Shown one piece after another: positions 19,501 to 29,813 of a stretch of DNA of 64,000 nucleotides (position 1 is the stretch's first letter; each line of letters starts with the position of its first letter). A program made the position numbers and the translations under genes. The DNA comes from Dehalococcoidia bacterium (GTDB lineage: Bacteria; Chloroflexota; Dehalococcoidia; Lucifugimonadales; UBA2985). Under the pieces are notes generated by a model, which saw nothing but the letters and a program-made list of their open reading frames with translations, searched no databases and had not been told where the DNA came from. The stretch is from contig OZ253466.1 of NCBI GenBank assembly GCA_965261605.1, positions 2,589,057 through 2,653,056 on the forward strand. The letters are read 5' to 3'.

Positions 19501-22207
19501 CGTCGGTCAGGATATAGGTTGACGCAGTTGCTCCCTGGATAGCGGAGTCATCGGCCAGCCACTGGTAGGTGAAGGTGGTGTTCTCCAGCCCGTCGGCGTC
19601 CGCAATGCCAGACGTGTCCGCCGTCAGCGTCTCGCCCACCTGGGCAGTGCCGCTGATGGTCGGTGCGCCGGTGGCAGGAGAGTTCGGCGTTGCCGCTACC
19701 GCATCCGTGGCCTCACTGGTCAGCATCTCTTCGTTGCCTTCGTCGTCGGTGAAACTGACCTCCACCTTGACTGTCTTGCCTTCGTCGTCGTCGGCCAGGG
19801 TGTGGGTGCTGCCCGTCGCGCCCGAAATGTCGGAGTCACCGGCCAGCCACTGGTAGGTGAAGGCGGCGTTCTCCATCCCATCCTCGTCGGCAATGCCGGA
19901 GGTGTCCGCCGTCAGCGTCTCTCCCACCTGGACAGTGCCGCTGACGATGGGCGCGCCCGTAGCGGCGCTGTTGACCGCGGTCTCATCCTCAAACGCACGG
20001 AGTAGCCGGACCTCAACGGCGTCCCCATCCCTCAAGCTTAGGCCCGTTCCTTCCCACCTATAGATGTTGCCGTAGCTGTAGGACCTGAAGGACGCATCGT
20101 TGGAAGCGAACCGCGTCCCGTCCAACTCCACCACGAAGTCGAAGGGAATCTCCCGGTCCACGCCGATGTACATCCACCACCCCTGCGTTTCGACCATCTT
20201 CACGGTGTACGTCGTGCCGTCCACCTCGAATGAGGCCGGAGAGAGAGACCCTGCCTTCTTGGTGTCGGTCGAATAGTACCCGTAGCCCTGGTAGACCCAC
20301 TCCACCGTCATGATCGCCGACCATGCGACAACGTCCTCGCTGGCCAGCGTCTCCTCGTTACCCGCCACCGCCTCCGTGGCCGCGCTGGTCAGAGTCTCGT
20401 CGTTGCCTCCGTCATCGGTGAAGCTCACCCGGACCTTGACTGTCTTGCCTTCGTCGGCGTCGGCCATGGTGTAGGCGCTGCCCGTCGCGCCTGATATGTC
20501 GGAGTCACCGGCAAGCCACTGGTAGCCGAACACGGTGTCATCCAGCCCGTCCTCGTCGGCGACGCCCGAGGTGTCCGCCGTCAGCGTCTCCCCCACCTGA
20601 GCCGTGCCGCTGATGGTTGGCGCGCCCGTGGCAGGGTTGTTGGGCTGGGTAGCTGCCGTCACCGGGTCCGTTGCCGCGCTGGTCAGTGTTTCCTCGTTAC
20701 TCGCGTCGTCGGTAAAGGACACCTGCACTTTGATGGCCTTGCCTTCGTCGGCGTCAGCCAGGGTGTAGGCGCTGCCCGTCGCGCCCGATATGTCGGAGTC
20801 ACCGGCCAGCCACTGGTAGCTGAAGGCGGCGTTGTCCAGCCCATCCTCGTCGGCGACGCCCGAGGTGTCCGCCGTCAGCGTCTCGCCCACCTGGGCCGTT
20901 CCGCTGATGGTCGGTGCGCCGGTGGCAGGAGAGTTCGGCGTTGCCGCCACCGCATCCGTGGCCGCGCTGGTCAGCGTCTCATCATTGCCTCCGTCGTCGG
21001 TGAAGGACACCTGCACTTTGATGGCCTTGCCTTCGTCGGCGTCGGCCAGGGTGTAGGTCGAGTTGGTAGCGCCTACAACTTCGGTGTCGTCGGCAAGCCA
21101 TTGGTAGCTGAACGACACGTTTTCCAACCCATCCTCGTCGACGATGTCCGACGTGTCCGCCGTGAGGGTCTCGCCCACCTGGGCAGTGCCGCTGATGGTT
21201 GGCGCGCCCGTGGACGGGTTGTTGGGAGTGGGCGCTGCCGCCACCGCATCCGTGGCCGCGCTGGTCAGCGTCTCATCATTGCCCGCGTCGTCGGTGAAGG
21301 ACACCTGCACCGTGAAGACCTTGCCTTGGTCGGCGTCGGCCAGGGTGTAGGTGCTGCCCGTCGCGCCCGATATGTCGGAGTCACCGGCAAGCCACTGGTA
21401 GCCGAACACGGCGTCATCCAACCCGTCGGCGTCCTCGATGCCCGACGTGTCCGCTGTCAGCGTCTCGCCCACCTGGACCGTGCCGCTGATGGTGGGTTGG
21501 CCTGTTGCCGGACTGTTGACCGCCGTCTCATCCTCAGACGCACGGAGTAGCCGGACCTCAACGGTGTCCCCATCCCTCAAGCTTAGGCCCGTTCCTTCCC
21601 ACCTATAGATGTTGCCGTAGCTGTAGGACCTGAAGGACGCATCGTTGGAAGCGAACCGCACCCCGTCCAACTCCAGCAGGAAGTCGAAGGGAAGCTCCCG
21701 GTCCACGCCGATGTACATCCACCACCCCTGCGTTTCGACCATCTTCACGGTGTACGTCGTGCCATCCACCTCGAATGAGGCCGGAGAGAGAGACCCTGCC
21801 TTCTTGGCGTCGGTCGAATAGTACCCGTAGCCCTGGTAGACCCACTCCACCGTCATGGTCGCCGACCAGGCGGCAACGTCCTCGCTGGCCACCTGCTCCT
21901 CATCCGGCGCCGCGCTCACCCAGTCCGACGCATCACCCGCCCCGTCCTCGTTGCGGGCGCTGACCCGGTATTCGTACTCCACACCCTTTTCCGCGCTCTG
22001 GTCGGTATAGCCGGTTTCGGAGCTGCCGGTATCCTCCACCAGGGTGTGATTGTCCCTGCGGCTCTCATCAGAGCGGCGCCGGTCGATGCGGTAGCCCGTG
22101 ACCGTGGCGTCGTCGGGGGCCTCCCAGGTCAATTTGACCGATCCCTTCCCGGTGACCGCCTGCATGCAGGTTACTGGGCGGCGGAAGGTCGGACCTGGCC
22201 GCCGCAC
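16595..22207 (-). CDS. Giant gene segment 4: FnIII domains, many 'GAPTISGTAQVGETLTADTSGI' Ig-like repeats, PPC-like domain
   Basis: 1870-aa ORF; domain repeats visible in translation. Confidence 0.8.
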   Translation of the reverse strand: MRRPGPTFRRPVTCMQAVTGKGSVKLTWEAPDDATVTGYRIDRRRSDESRRDNHTLVEDTGSSETGYTDQSAEKGVEYEYRVSARNEDGAGDASDWVSAAPDEEQVASEDVAAWSATMTVEWVYQGYGYYSTDAKKAGSLSPASFEVDGTTYTVKMVETQGWWMYIGVDRELPFDFLLELDGVRFASNDASFRSYSYGNIYRWEGTGLSLRDGDTVEVRLLRASEDETAVNSPATGQPTISGTVQVGETLTADTSGIEDADGLDDAVFGYQWLAGDSDISGATGSTYTLADADQGKVFTVQVSFTDDAGNDETLTSAATDAVAAAPTPNNPSTGAPTISGTAQVGETLTADTSDIVDEDGLENVSFSYQWLADDTEVVGATNSTYTLADADEGKAIKVQVSFTDDGGNDETLTSAATDAVAATPNSPATGAPTISGTAQVGETLTADTSGVADEDGLDNAAFSYQWLAGDSDISGATGSAYTLADADEGKAIKVQVSFTDDASNEETLTSAATDPVTAATQPNNPATGAPTISGTAQVGETLTADTSGVADEDGLDDTVFGYQWLAGDSDISGATGSAYTMADADEGKTVKVRVSFTDDGGNDETLTSAATEAVAGNEETLASEDVVAWSAIMTVEWVYQGYGYYSTDTKKAGSLSPASFEVDGTTYTVKMVETQGWWMYIGVDREIPFDFVVELDGTRFASNDASFRSYSYGNIYRWEGTGLSLRDGDAVEVRLLRAFEDETAVNSAATGAPIVSGTVQVGETLTADTSGIADEDGMENAAFTYQWLAGDSDISGATGSTHTLADDDEGKTVKVEVSFTDDEGNEEMLTSEATDAVAATPNSPATGAPTISGTAQVGETLTADTSGIADADGLENTTFTYQWLADDSAIQGATASTYILTDADQGKTVKVRVSFTDDADNEETLTSAATDPVAEATQPNNPATGVPTISGTVQVGETLTADTSGIEDADGLTNTSFIYQWLADDTEIRGATNATYTLAEADAGKTVKVRVSFTDDAGNDETLTSAATDAVTAAPTPNNPSTGAPIVSGTAQVGETLTADTSGIADENGLENVTFAYQWLADDAAIAGTTGSTYTLTDSDEGKTVKVRVSFTDDAGNDETLTSAATDAVAAPEPPAKPTGLSATPSHDRVVLTWDDPNDDTITGYVILRRNRETDAQGQFTELAPDTGTAATTYTDDTVAAETPYTYRIKAINAHGTSERSRWFHTDTLAGPEPTQEPTPEPASVSEGDTDLPNDNSTPGRVAVGGSATGAIGTAGDQDRFAVELVAGRTYQFDLTGSPGGGGTLPDTFFRAIYNSEGQYQADSYNDDFDGGRDSRVTFTATESGTYYARVSGDRDEVGSYTLSVTDVTPEPGPDPTPEPTPEPTPEPTPEAGPVVRFLSPPETISEDVTDPYYIAGDASRNERISITTNTGFILSGRADTKTHCPIYFQRPGGNLKLAPVVDGYVPTENGEQIHYRNGEPVTYNVDDSYKTMTYWTANTEGFYLRNCATEPMDGYVSITTYRDNDITHVSRIRITQPSPFVVTTGAPLDDDDQHTADRSTNGTVGSGGEATGQPTISGTAQVGQTLTADTSGIADENGLENVTFTYQWLADDAAIAGATGSTYTLVDSDEGKAIKVEVSFIDNAGNDETLTSAATDAVSALPTPNSPATGAPTISGTAQVGETLTADTSGIEDADGLTNTSFIYQWLADDSAIQGATASTYTLTDADQGKTVKVRVSFTDDAGNDETLTSAVTVAVTVPLTASLENTPDTHDGENVFTFELRFSEEPQLSYRTLRDHAFTVAGGTVEKAERITQGSNIRWRITVRPDGDGQVTITLPATTDCDAEEAICTGDGRMLSNELALTVDGPGQ
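19990..21890. repeat. Near-identical ~360-bp domain duplication (~19990-20345 and ~21530-21890)
   Basis: WSAxMTVEWVYQGYGYYSTD..GDxVEVRLLRA encoded twice with few differences. Confidence 0.8.
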
Positions 22208-25200
22208 CCGACGTCACGGATGTATCCGCGGACCACTCGCCGTCGCCGATGCTGTTCGTCGCCCGCACCCGCACGGTGTAATCCGCTCCTGCGGTGAGGC
22301 CGGTGATGGTGTATGACATCGCCGTGGCGTCCAACTCGGCCTCCCGGGCGGGGATGGAGGTCCCGGCCGCCGGCCATGCGTCCGAGGCGGGCTTCCAATG
22401 CACGTCGTAGCCCTTCAGCGGCGCGCCGCCGCTTTCCGGCGCCGTCCACGACACCTCGATGCTTCCTGCCCCGGCGCCCGGCGCGGCCGTAACCGCCGGT
22501 GCGTCCGGCTCGCAGCCGCCGTCGTTCCAGGGGTCGGTGACGTCGCTGTCGTCGTCGAACACGGCCCCGTTGGCGGCCTTGATGGAGCAGAGACCGCCGA
22601 ACTCATCCTGGAGCATGTTCATCACCAGGTAGCGATAGCGCTTGGATCCGATTTCCGACACCGCGGCCCACGCGTCGGCGCTGGCGCCGGTGTAGGTGTC
22701 CGTGAACCACGACGACGTGGTGCCACTGCCTTCGGGGTCGGTGCCCGAAGGGTGCATGGCGTGCAGCGCCACCTCTTTACTGAGCTCGGTCGGCTCGGCA
22801 CGCCCGTCGGAGAAGCAGAGGTCGCCGTAATAGGCCAGGGCGCCGACCTTCTCGACCACATGGGAAAGCGCGTCCGCCAGAGTTTCCACGGCGCACAATT
22901 CCATCCTCGCGGCGTCGCCCGTGTACCCCTCCTGCCCGAAGAAGTACAGGAGGGCGCGGCCCACCGGACCACGCGTATCCTGGTTGTGCAGGTTGTTGAC
23001 CAGCGTCCACGCGTGGGCCAACTCGTGAATGGCAACGTAATCGAACGTCTCCTCCGCCAGGAGGTCCCAGTCCATGTCAATGGTCAGATCGCCGAACGTG
23101 CAGCTGCCAAGGTTATCGGGCGAGTTGGTCGTCACGCAGCTGGCCCCGGTCTGTCCCTCGGTGCCCCGGTCCAGGTCGGCCGCCTCCACCGTCTGGTCGG
23201 AGATATGGCCCCAGGCGGTGCGCAGCCACGGCCAATCGTCGTCGCGGGCATCGACCACCGCTGCCAGCGCGGCTTTAACCGCCGCATGGTCTTCATCCGA
23301 CGCCGTGGCACGGCCCGCGGTGGCGCTCGCCTCTACCCCCTCGCCGAAACCGGACTGAGTGCTACAGCCCATCGTCACCACCGTGTCGCCGGCCTGGAAC
23401 CGGGCCCCGACGGTGAAGCTGTAGATGTCGCCGTTCTGAGGCAACACTACTTCGGCATTGCCGCTCATCGGGACACTCGTAATCTCGAACCAACCGTTCT
23501 TGGCGGTCCCCGCAGCGCTGCAGATGGCCTGATGCTGCGCCAGGTCCGACGACTGGCCCTGCTTTTCCCACGAGATGCGGTACACCAGCACCGGGTTGTC
23601 GTCGGCGTCCTGCAGGAAGCCCTCGCCGCGTTCGTCCGGCGCGTCCCAGCTCACCCGGAAGTCCTGGTCGCGTGGCGCCGCCGTCAGATTTCTCACGGCC
23701 TTCGGAATGCCGACCGTCACCTCGGACGACTCCGCCGTCTCCGCGGCGATGGTGCTGTCGGGGTCGAGCGCCTGCACCTGCACCACGTAGGCGTCGCCGT
23801 TGGTCAGCCCCATGATGGCGTGCTCGGTGGCGTCCGCGGCCACCTCTGCGGAGCGGGTCATGTCGTACGCGGAGTCCGCGGGCGCCTTCCACTGCACCCG
23901 GTAGCCACCATCGGCCCCCGACGCGGGGGCGACCCACTCCACGTCAATGCGCCCGTTGCCCGCGAACGACCGCACCTCCGTCGGCGCCGGGGCCGCGCGG
24001 GTGATGGTGACGGTGTAGGCCTTGGTGGTCCTGTCCTCGGCGGTGACGGTGAACGTCACCGTGGTGTCGCCCACGCTCAGGTCCACCTCGTGGGCCGTCG
24101 TGTTGGTGTCGGCGTCGGCGGGGCTGTACTCCACGATGGCGTTGCTGTCCGACGCAGTGGCCGCCACCGTCACCTGGGTTACCGAGGTCTCGACGTTGTA
24201 GGTGTAGGAGGTGGTACCGGCGGTGAAGCCGGTGACGCCGGTCCCGTCGATGGTCAGGCTGCTGAGGTTTGCGTCGTTGCTGTTCACGATGCTGCCGTCC
24301 ACCAAGTGGTTGAGGTCTTCGTCCACCCTGGGGTACGTCAACTTGGCGCTTCTGCCCAGAGGACCCGTGATGGACTGGCCGGTCTCGAACTTGAACGGAT
24401 CGAATAAGGCGTCGTTGGAGTTGCCGGCCTCGCCGACCCAGATGCCGTCGTCGTCGCTATCGCTGGATACGACGGTGTAGGTGAACACCAGTTGCGTGGC
24501 GCCGTCGCCGCTCGTCAGGCTGGCCTCCCTGCGATCTGAAATGTACTGCACGCCCCCCAGGTAGAAACCGAACGTGAAGCCGCCGGTCACCGTCACCGGG
24601 ACGTCGAATGTGACGGTGATCTCGATGTCCTCGCCCAGCCCATAGGTGTCAGTGCGCGCCTGCGGGGTGGATGTGAATTCGATTCTGGTGAGCCTCGGGA
24701 TCGGGTTCACCTTGAGGTCCTGATCCCAGACGATGCTTCCGGGGTACGCCGCCACCGTCGCGTCGTTCTTGCGGGTGATCGTCGTGCCCGTCGGCACCGC
24801 CAACTCGACCTCGGCGTTGGAGATGCCTTTATTGTCGTCGTGGTCGTCGGTGACGACATGGGAGAACACCAACCGGGTCGCGGTGCTGTCGGTGGACTGG
24901 TACTGCGCCTGGCGGGTGTCGGAGCCGATGGACAGTGGGAAGGTCGGCATGCCGGACACCGAGACCTCCTCGCTGAACGTCACCGCCAGCGTGATCGTGT
25001 CGCCGGTGAAGTACAAGCCGTTGCTCGGAGGCGACACCGCCTCGACGCCGGTCACGTAGGGCGTGTCGGCGGGCGGCGCGACATGCAGCACGAACGACAG
25101 GCCGTACATGCGGTAACTTGTCATGCCGGTGGTGGTGCCGCCGTACAAGAGCTCATTGCCCGCGCCCCGGCCCGGGTCTCCGTAGTTCGCATTTGCGCCG

Positions 25201-28200
25201 CCCAGAGGGTCGGTAGACGCGGTGCCATCGGCATTGGTGCCGGTCCAGACCAGCATGCCCTGGCTCCGATCGAAGTCCACGTCGTCGCCGTCCTCGTTCC
25301 GGCCAGGGTCCCGGTGGTCCCAGGAGCGGTCGTAGAAGTCCTCGTACTGGTCGGCGGCCTTGGGGCCGTTCAGCCAGTAGATGGGCACTCCCTTGTCGGA
25401 GGAAGTGAAGGTGGTGCCGGTGTTGTCGCGAGCGTCGACGTCCTCGGTGCTGGCCAGCGCCCGGAACTGGCCGCTGTAGGACTGGATGTCGTCGTGGCCA
25501 GCTGCCGCGGCACCCTGCACGAACCCGTCGTAGACGGCGATGTCCGTCTGGGTGGCGGTGTGCCTTCCTGACGTGACGAACAGCAGCCGGAACTCGTCGC
25601 CGATGACGGCCCCATCGGGGACCAGGCTTGAAGTAATCCGGATCTCGTTGTCGGTCAGCGCTACCGTGGCGGTGGCCTGCGACCCTCCGGTCACCCCGTC
25701 GGGCAGGGTCCCGAAGCTCAGGGTCAGGCTCTTGCCGGGGTCGGTGTCGTCGGTTGCGGACACGGTGAACGTGGCCGAGGTGTCGCCGCTGTTGAAGGTC
25801 ACTTCCGTGGCCGACAAGGAGTAGTCGGCGCTAACGGTCCCGGCGCCGGCCGTCACCGAGATGGGGATGGTCACGGTGCGCTGCGGGTCGGCGCTCAGGG
25901 TCACCGTTATGGTGGCGGCGCCGAAGCCCTCAGGGGCTGCATATTCGGCCGCGCTGAACTCGGCCGTCACCTGGGCGGGCCCGGAGGCGGCGCGTACGAC
26001 GGTGACCGTATACGTCTTGGTCGTGGTCCCGTCCTCGGCGGTGACGGTGACGGTCACCGGGTTGTCGCCCACGACGAGGTCCACCTGGTGGCCGGTGGTC
26101 CCGCTGTCGGCGTCGGCGGGGCTGTACTCCACGCTCGCGTTGGTGTCGGACGCAGTGGCCGCCACGGTCACCTGTGCTACCGAGTTCCCGACGTCGTGGG
26201 TGTAGGCGGTGGTAGCGGCGGCAAAGCCGGTCACGCTCGTCCCGCCCACCGTCAGGGCGCTGAGGTTTGCGTTGTTGCTGATGACGATCGCCGCACGGGT
26301 GACGATGATGGTGTAGGTGCGCATCGAGCTGCCGTTGGTTGCAGTCACCGTCGCCGTGATGGTGTTCTCGCCCGCGGCCAGCGTCACCTGGTGGTCCGTC
26401 GTGTTGGCGTCGGCGTCGGTGGGGGTGATGACCACGCCGGCGCTGCTCTGGCTGGCCGTGGCCGTGACCGTGGTGGAGGCGATCGCCGTCGAGGCCGTGT
26501 ACGACTCCGTTGTCGCGGCGAAGGTCTGGTCCAGCGTGATCCCGCTGAGCGACAGCGCCGACAGCGTGGCGTCGGCGCCGGTCAGCGAGCCGTCCACCTT
26601 GTGGCCGCCCTGCTGTCCGACTTCATCGTGATCCAGGACGGCGTCGAGGCCTGACTCGGCGCCGACGATGGACTGCCCCGCCTGGAGGGCGAAGGTGGGA
26701 TTGTTGGGGTGGTCGGGGTCTCCGATCCAGATGCCGTTGTTGTCGTCGTCGCCGGTCTGCACGGTGTAGGCGAACACCAGCTCGGTGGCGCCGTTGCCGC
26801 CCACCAGCGACGCCTTGCGCGGCCCGCTGACGGAGAGACCGAAGTCGACGGCACCGTTCACCGTCACCGCCTGGTCGAAGGTGACGGTGATCTCGATGTC
26901 CTCGCCCAGCCCGTAGGTGTCGTTGGCCGAGTCCGCCTGCGGGCTGGAGGTCACCGCCACGCCGTCGTCGACGATGTAGGGCTTCCGGTTCACTGACTGG
27001 TCGACCTCGGCGGCGACCTCGGTATGGGTCAGCGCCGCGTCCACGTCGGCGTCCTTGCGCTTGACGCTGCCGCCGTTCAGCTTCAGCACGAAGGCGTTGA
27101 TGGAGACGCCGTCCTCATCGGAGTCGTCGTCTGTGACGGTGTAGGAGAACGACAGCACAGTGTCGCTGCTGTCCCCGGCCGCGTAGCCGGCGTTGCGCAC
27201 GTTGGCGCCGATGCGCAGCGGCAGCTGCGGAGCGCCCGTCACCGTCACCGCCTCGCTGAAGGTGACCGTGGCCGTGATCGTCTCGCCGTCGCGGTAGTCG
27301 CTGCCGTTGGCCGGGATCGTCGTGATCGCGGCAACGGTCGCATACGGGCTGTCCGGCGCTTCGACCAGGAGCGCCTCGGAGAGGCCGTACAACCCGAGCC
27401 TGGCTTGCAGATCTACGCTGAACCCGGAGCTCCACACAGTGCTTCTCGCGAAGGGCTCAGCGAAACGGGCGACAAGGTTTCCAGCGCCGTCCCGTTGAGT
27501 GGTTCCCAGGTGCCTGCCGCCGGAGCGAACACCGCCCTCCTCGGTGCCTGTCCAGACACCGGTATTGCTGGTAACGGACGAATTGTCGAATGTGAAGGTC
27601 TTGGTGGCGCCCGCCTCGGTTCTGGCCGGGTTGGAGTGGTCCCAGCCGTCGACGTCGTAGAAGTCGGCGTAGTCGTTGGCGGCCCTCGGTCCGTTCAGCC
27701 ACCAGATCTCCTCGCCGGTTCCGTCGCTGCTGGGGTCGGTGCCGGTGTGGCCCTTGGGCGAGGCCCCGTCTTTTGTCCCGGCCAGCGCCTTGAACTGCGG
27801 GCTGTAGTCGATGATGTCGGTGTGACCCTGGTTGGTCACCGCCCACCGCACGTGGCGGTCGTAGTCTGCGATGTCCCCGGACGTGGCCTGGCGCGTCGTG
27901 GACGTGACGATCAGCGCACGGAACGTGTCCCCGATCGCGATGCCCGGCGGCCGCAGGCTCCAGTCGTGGGGGACCAACGCCCGGTTGACAGTCACGGAAT
28001 AGGCCTTGGTGGTGGTCCCGTCCTCGGCGGTCACGGTTACCGTGACGTCGTTCTGCCCCCCGGCCAGGTTCACCTGGTGGCCGGTGGCGGCGTCGGCGTC
28101 GGCCGGGCTGTAGGTTACCGTCGCGTTGCCGTCGGACGCGGCGCCCGCGATAGTCACCTGGTCGACCGTCCCGGCCACGTTCACGCTGTAGGTCGTGGTA

Positions 28201-29813
28201 CCGGCGGCGAAGCCGGTGACGCTCGTCCCGTCGATGGTCAGGTCGCTGAGGTCGGCGTCGCTGCTGGCCGCCGCCCGCTTGAGCGTGACCGTATAAGCCT
28301 TGGTCGTTGTCCCGTCCGCGGCGCTGACGGTGACGGTCACCGGGTTGTCGCCCACGCTCAGGTCCACCTGGTGGCCGTTGGTGTTGGTGTCGGCGTCGGC
28401 GGGGCTGTACTCCACGCTGGCGTTGGTGTCGGACGCGCTGGCGGCTATCGTCACCTGGGTCGTCGCGTACGGAACGTCCACGGTGTAGGAGGTTGTGGCG
28501 GCGGCGAAGCCGCTCACGCTCGTCCCGTCGATGGTCAGCGCGCTCAGGTCGGCGTCGGCGCTGAGCCCGCCGGTGACGGTGATGGTGTAGGTGCGGGTGG
28601 AGCTGCTGTTGGTTGCGGTCACCGTCACCGTGATGGTGTTCTCGCCCGCGGCCAGCGTCACCTGGTGGTCCGTCGTGTTGGCGTCGGCGTCGGTGGGGGT
28701 GATGACCACGCCGGCGCTGCTCTGGCTGGCCGTGGCCGTGACCGTGGTGGAGTCGATCGCCGTCGAGGCCGTGTACGACTCCGTTCCGGCGGCGAAGGTC
28801 TGGTCCAGGGTGATGCCGCTGAGGGACAGGGACGACAGCGTGGCGTCGGCGCCGGTCAGCGTCCCGTCCACCTTGTGGCCGGACCGGGTCTCCAGACGGT
28901 CGTGTTCCAGCACGGCGTCGAGGCCTGAGTCGGCGCCGACGATGGACTGGCCCGTCTGGAGGTCGAAGGTGGGATTGGTGTCGTGGCTGGGGTCTCCGAT
29001 CCAGATGCCGTTGTCGTCGGCGTCGCCGGCTTGCACGGTGTAGGCGAACACCAGCTCGGTGGTGCCGTTGCCGTCCACCAGCGACGCCTCGCGCGCGTCC
29101 CCGCTCAAGGCGATACGGAAGTTGACGGCGCCGTTGACCGTCACCGCCTCGCTGAAGGTGACGGTGATCTCGATGTCCTCGCCGGCCCCGTAGGTGTCGG
29201 TGGCCGCCTGCGGACTGGAGGTGACCGACACGCCGTCGTCGACGATGTAGGGCTTCCGGTTCACTGACTGGTCGACCTCGGCGGCGACCTCGGTATGGGT
29301 CAGCGCCGCGTCCACGTCGGCGTCCTTGCGCTTGACGCTGCCGCCGTTCAGCTTCAGCACGAAGGCGTTGATGGAGACGCCGTCCTCATCGGAGTCGTCG
29401 TCTGTGACGGTGTAGGAGAACGACAGCACAGTGTCGCTGCTGTCCCCGGCCACGTAGTCGGCGTCGCGCACGTTGGCGCCGATGCGCAGCGGCAGCTGCG
29501 GAGCGCCCGTCACCGTCACCGCCTCGCTGAAGGTGACCGTGGCCGTGATCGTCTCGCCGTCGCGGTAGTCGCTGCTGTTGGCCGGGTCCGTCGTGATGGC
29601 GGCGACGGTCGCGTACGGGCTGTCCGGCGCTTCGACCCGGAGGACATCGGAGAGGCCGTACAACCCGAAGCTGTGAGTCACCCGTGTCACGAACCCGGCG
29701 CTCCACACAGTGTCTTTCCCGAAGGGAACACCGAAACGGGCTTTAAGGTTTCCATCGTTATGGACTGTAGTGGTTCCCAGGAACTCTCTGGGGGTGGCGC
29801 GATTACCGCTCAC
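22068..29813 (-). CDS. Giant gene segment 3: cadherin-like beta-sandwich repeats, Calx-beta-like, lectin-like modules, FnIII, HExxH domain
   Basis: 2581-aa ORF; ADLSALTIDG..TKAYTVTI repeats; AIHELAHAW..AVETLAD. Confidence 0.8.
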   Translation of the reverse strand: MSGNRATPREFLGTTTVHNDGNLKARFGVPFGKDTVWSAGFVTRVTHSFGLYGLSDVLRVEAPDSPYATVAAITTDPANSSDYRDGETITATVTFSEAVTVTGAPQLPLRIGANVRDADYVAGDSSDTVLSFSYTVTDDDSDEDGVSINAFVLKLNGGSVKRKDADVDAALTHTEVAAEVDQSVNRKPYIVDDGVSVTSSPQAATDTYGAGEDIEITVTFSEAVTVNGAVNFRIALSGDAREASLVDGNGTTELVFAYTVQAGDADDNGIWIGDPSHDTNPTFDLQTGQSIVGADSGLDAVLEHDRLETRSGHKVDGTLTGADATLSSLSLSGITLDQTFAAGTESYTASTAIDSTTVTATASQSSAGVVITPTDADANTTDHQVTLAAGENTITVTVTATNSSSTRTYTITVTGGLSADADLSALTIDGTSVSGFAAATTSYTVDVPYATTQVTIAASASDTNASVEYSPADADTNTNGHQVDLSVGDNPVTVTVSAADGTTTKAYTVTLKRAAASSDADLSDLTIDGTSVTGFAAGTTTYSVNVAGTVDQVTIAGAASDGNATVTYSPADADAATGHQVNLAGGQNDVTVTVTAEDGTTTKAYSVTVNRALVPHDWSLRPPGIAIGDTFRALIVTSTTRQATSGDIADYDRHVRWAVTNQGHTDIIDYSPQFKALAGTKDGASPKGHTGTDPSSDGTGEEIWWLNGPRAANDYADFYDVDGWDHSNPARTEAGATKTFTFDNSSVTSNTGVWTGTEEGGVRSGGRHLGTTQRDGAGNLVARFAEPFARSTVWSSGFSVDLQARLGLYGLSEALLVEAPDSPYATVAAITTIPANGSDYRDGETITATVTFSEAVTVTGAPQLPLRIGANVRNAGYAAGDSSDTVLSFSYTVTDDDSDEDGVSINAFVLKLNGGSVKRKDADVDAALTHTEVAAEVDQSVNRKPYIVDDGVAVTSSPQADSANDTYGLGEDIEITVTFDQAVTVNGAVDFGLSVSGPRKASLVGGNGATELVFAYTVQTGDDDNNGIWIGDPDHPNNPTFALQAGQSIVGAESGLDAVLDHDEVGQQGGHKVDGSLTGADATLSALSLSGITLDQTFAATTESYTASTAIASTTVTATASQSSAGVVITPTDADANTTDHQVTLAAGENTITATVTATNGSSMRTYTIIVTRAAIVISNNANLSALTVGGTSVTGFAAATTAYTHDVGNSVAQVTVAATASDTNASVEYSPADADSGTTGHQVDLVVGDNPVTVTVTAEDGTTTKTYTVTVVRAASGPAQVTAEFSAAEYAAPEGFGAATITVTLSADPQRTVTIPISVTAGAGTVSADYSLSATEVTFNSGDTSATFTVSATDDTDPGKSLTLSFGTLPDGVTGGSQATATVALTDNEIRITSSLVPDGAVIGDEFRLLFVTSGRHTATQTDIAVYDGFVQGAAAAGHDDIQSYSGQFRALASTEDVDARDNTGTTFTSSDKGVPIYWLNGPKAADQYEDFYDRSWDHRDPGRNEDGDDVDFDRSQGMLVWTGTNADGTASTDPLGGANANYGDPGRGAGNELLYGGTTTGMTSYRMYGLSFVLHVAPPADTPYVTGVEAVSPPSNGLYFTGDTITLAVTFSEEVSVSGMPTFPLSIGSDTRQAQYQSTDSTATRLVFSHVVTDDHDDNKGISNAEVELAVPTGTTITRKNDATVAAYPGSIVWDQDLKVNPIPRLTRIEFTSTPQARTDTYGLGEDIEITVTFDVPVTVTGGFTFGFYLGGVQYISDRREASLTSGDGATQLVFTYTVVSSDSDDDGIWVGEAGNSNDALFDPFKFETGQSITGPLGRSAKLTYPRVDEDLNHLVDGSIVNSNDANLSSLTIDGTGVTGFTAGTTSYTYNVETSVTQVTVAATASDSNAIVEYSPADADTNTTAHEVDLSVGDTTVTFTVTAEDRTTKAYTVTITRAAPAPTEVRSFAGNGRIDVEWVAPASGADGGYRVQWKAPADSAYDMTRSAEVAADATEHAIMGLTNGDAYVVQVQALDPDSTIAAETAESSEVTVGIPKAVRNLTAAPRDQDFRVSWDAPDERGEGFLQDADDNPVLVYRISWEKQGQSSDLAQHQAICSAAGTAKNGWFEITSVPMSGNAEVVLPQNGDIYSFTVGARFQAGDTVVTMGCSTQSGFGEGVEASATAGRATASDEDHAAVKAALAAVVDARDDDWPWLRTAWGHISDQTVEAADLDRGTEGQTGASCVTTNSPDNLGSCTFGDLTIDMDWDLLAEETFDYVAIHELAHAWTLVNNLHNQDTRGPVGRALLYFFGQEGYTGDAARMELCAVETLADALSHVVEKVGALAYYGDLCFSDGRAEPTELSKEVALHAMHPSGTDPEGSGTTSSWFTDTYTGASADAWAAVSEIGSKRYRYLVMNMLQDEFGGLCSIKAANGAVFDDDSDVTDPWNDGGCEPDAPAVTAAPGAGAGSIEVSWTAPESGGAPLKGYDVHWKPASDAWPAAGTSIPAREAELDATAMSYTITGLTAGADYTVRVRATNSIGDGEWSADTSVTSGAAARSDLPPPSNLHAGGHREGIGQIDLGGPRRRHGHGLPHRPAPL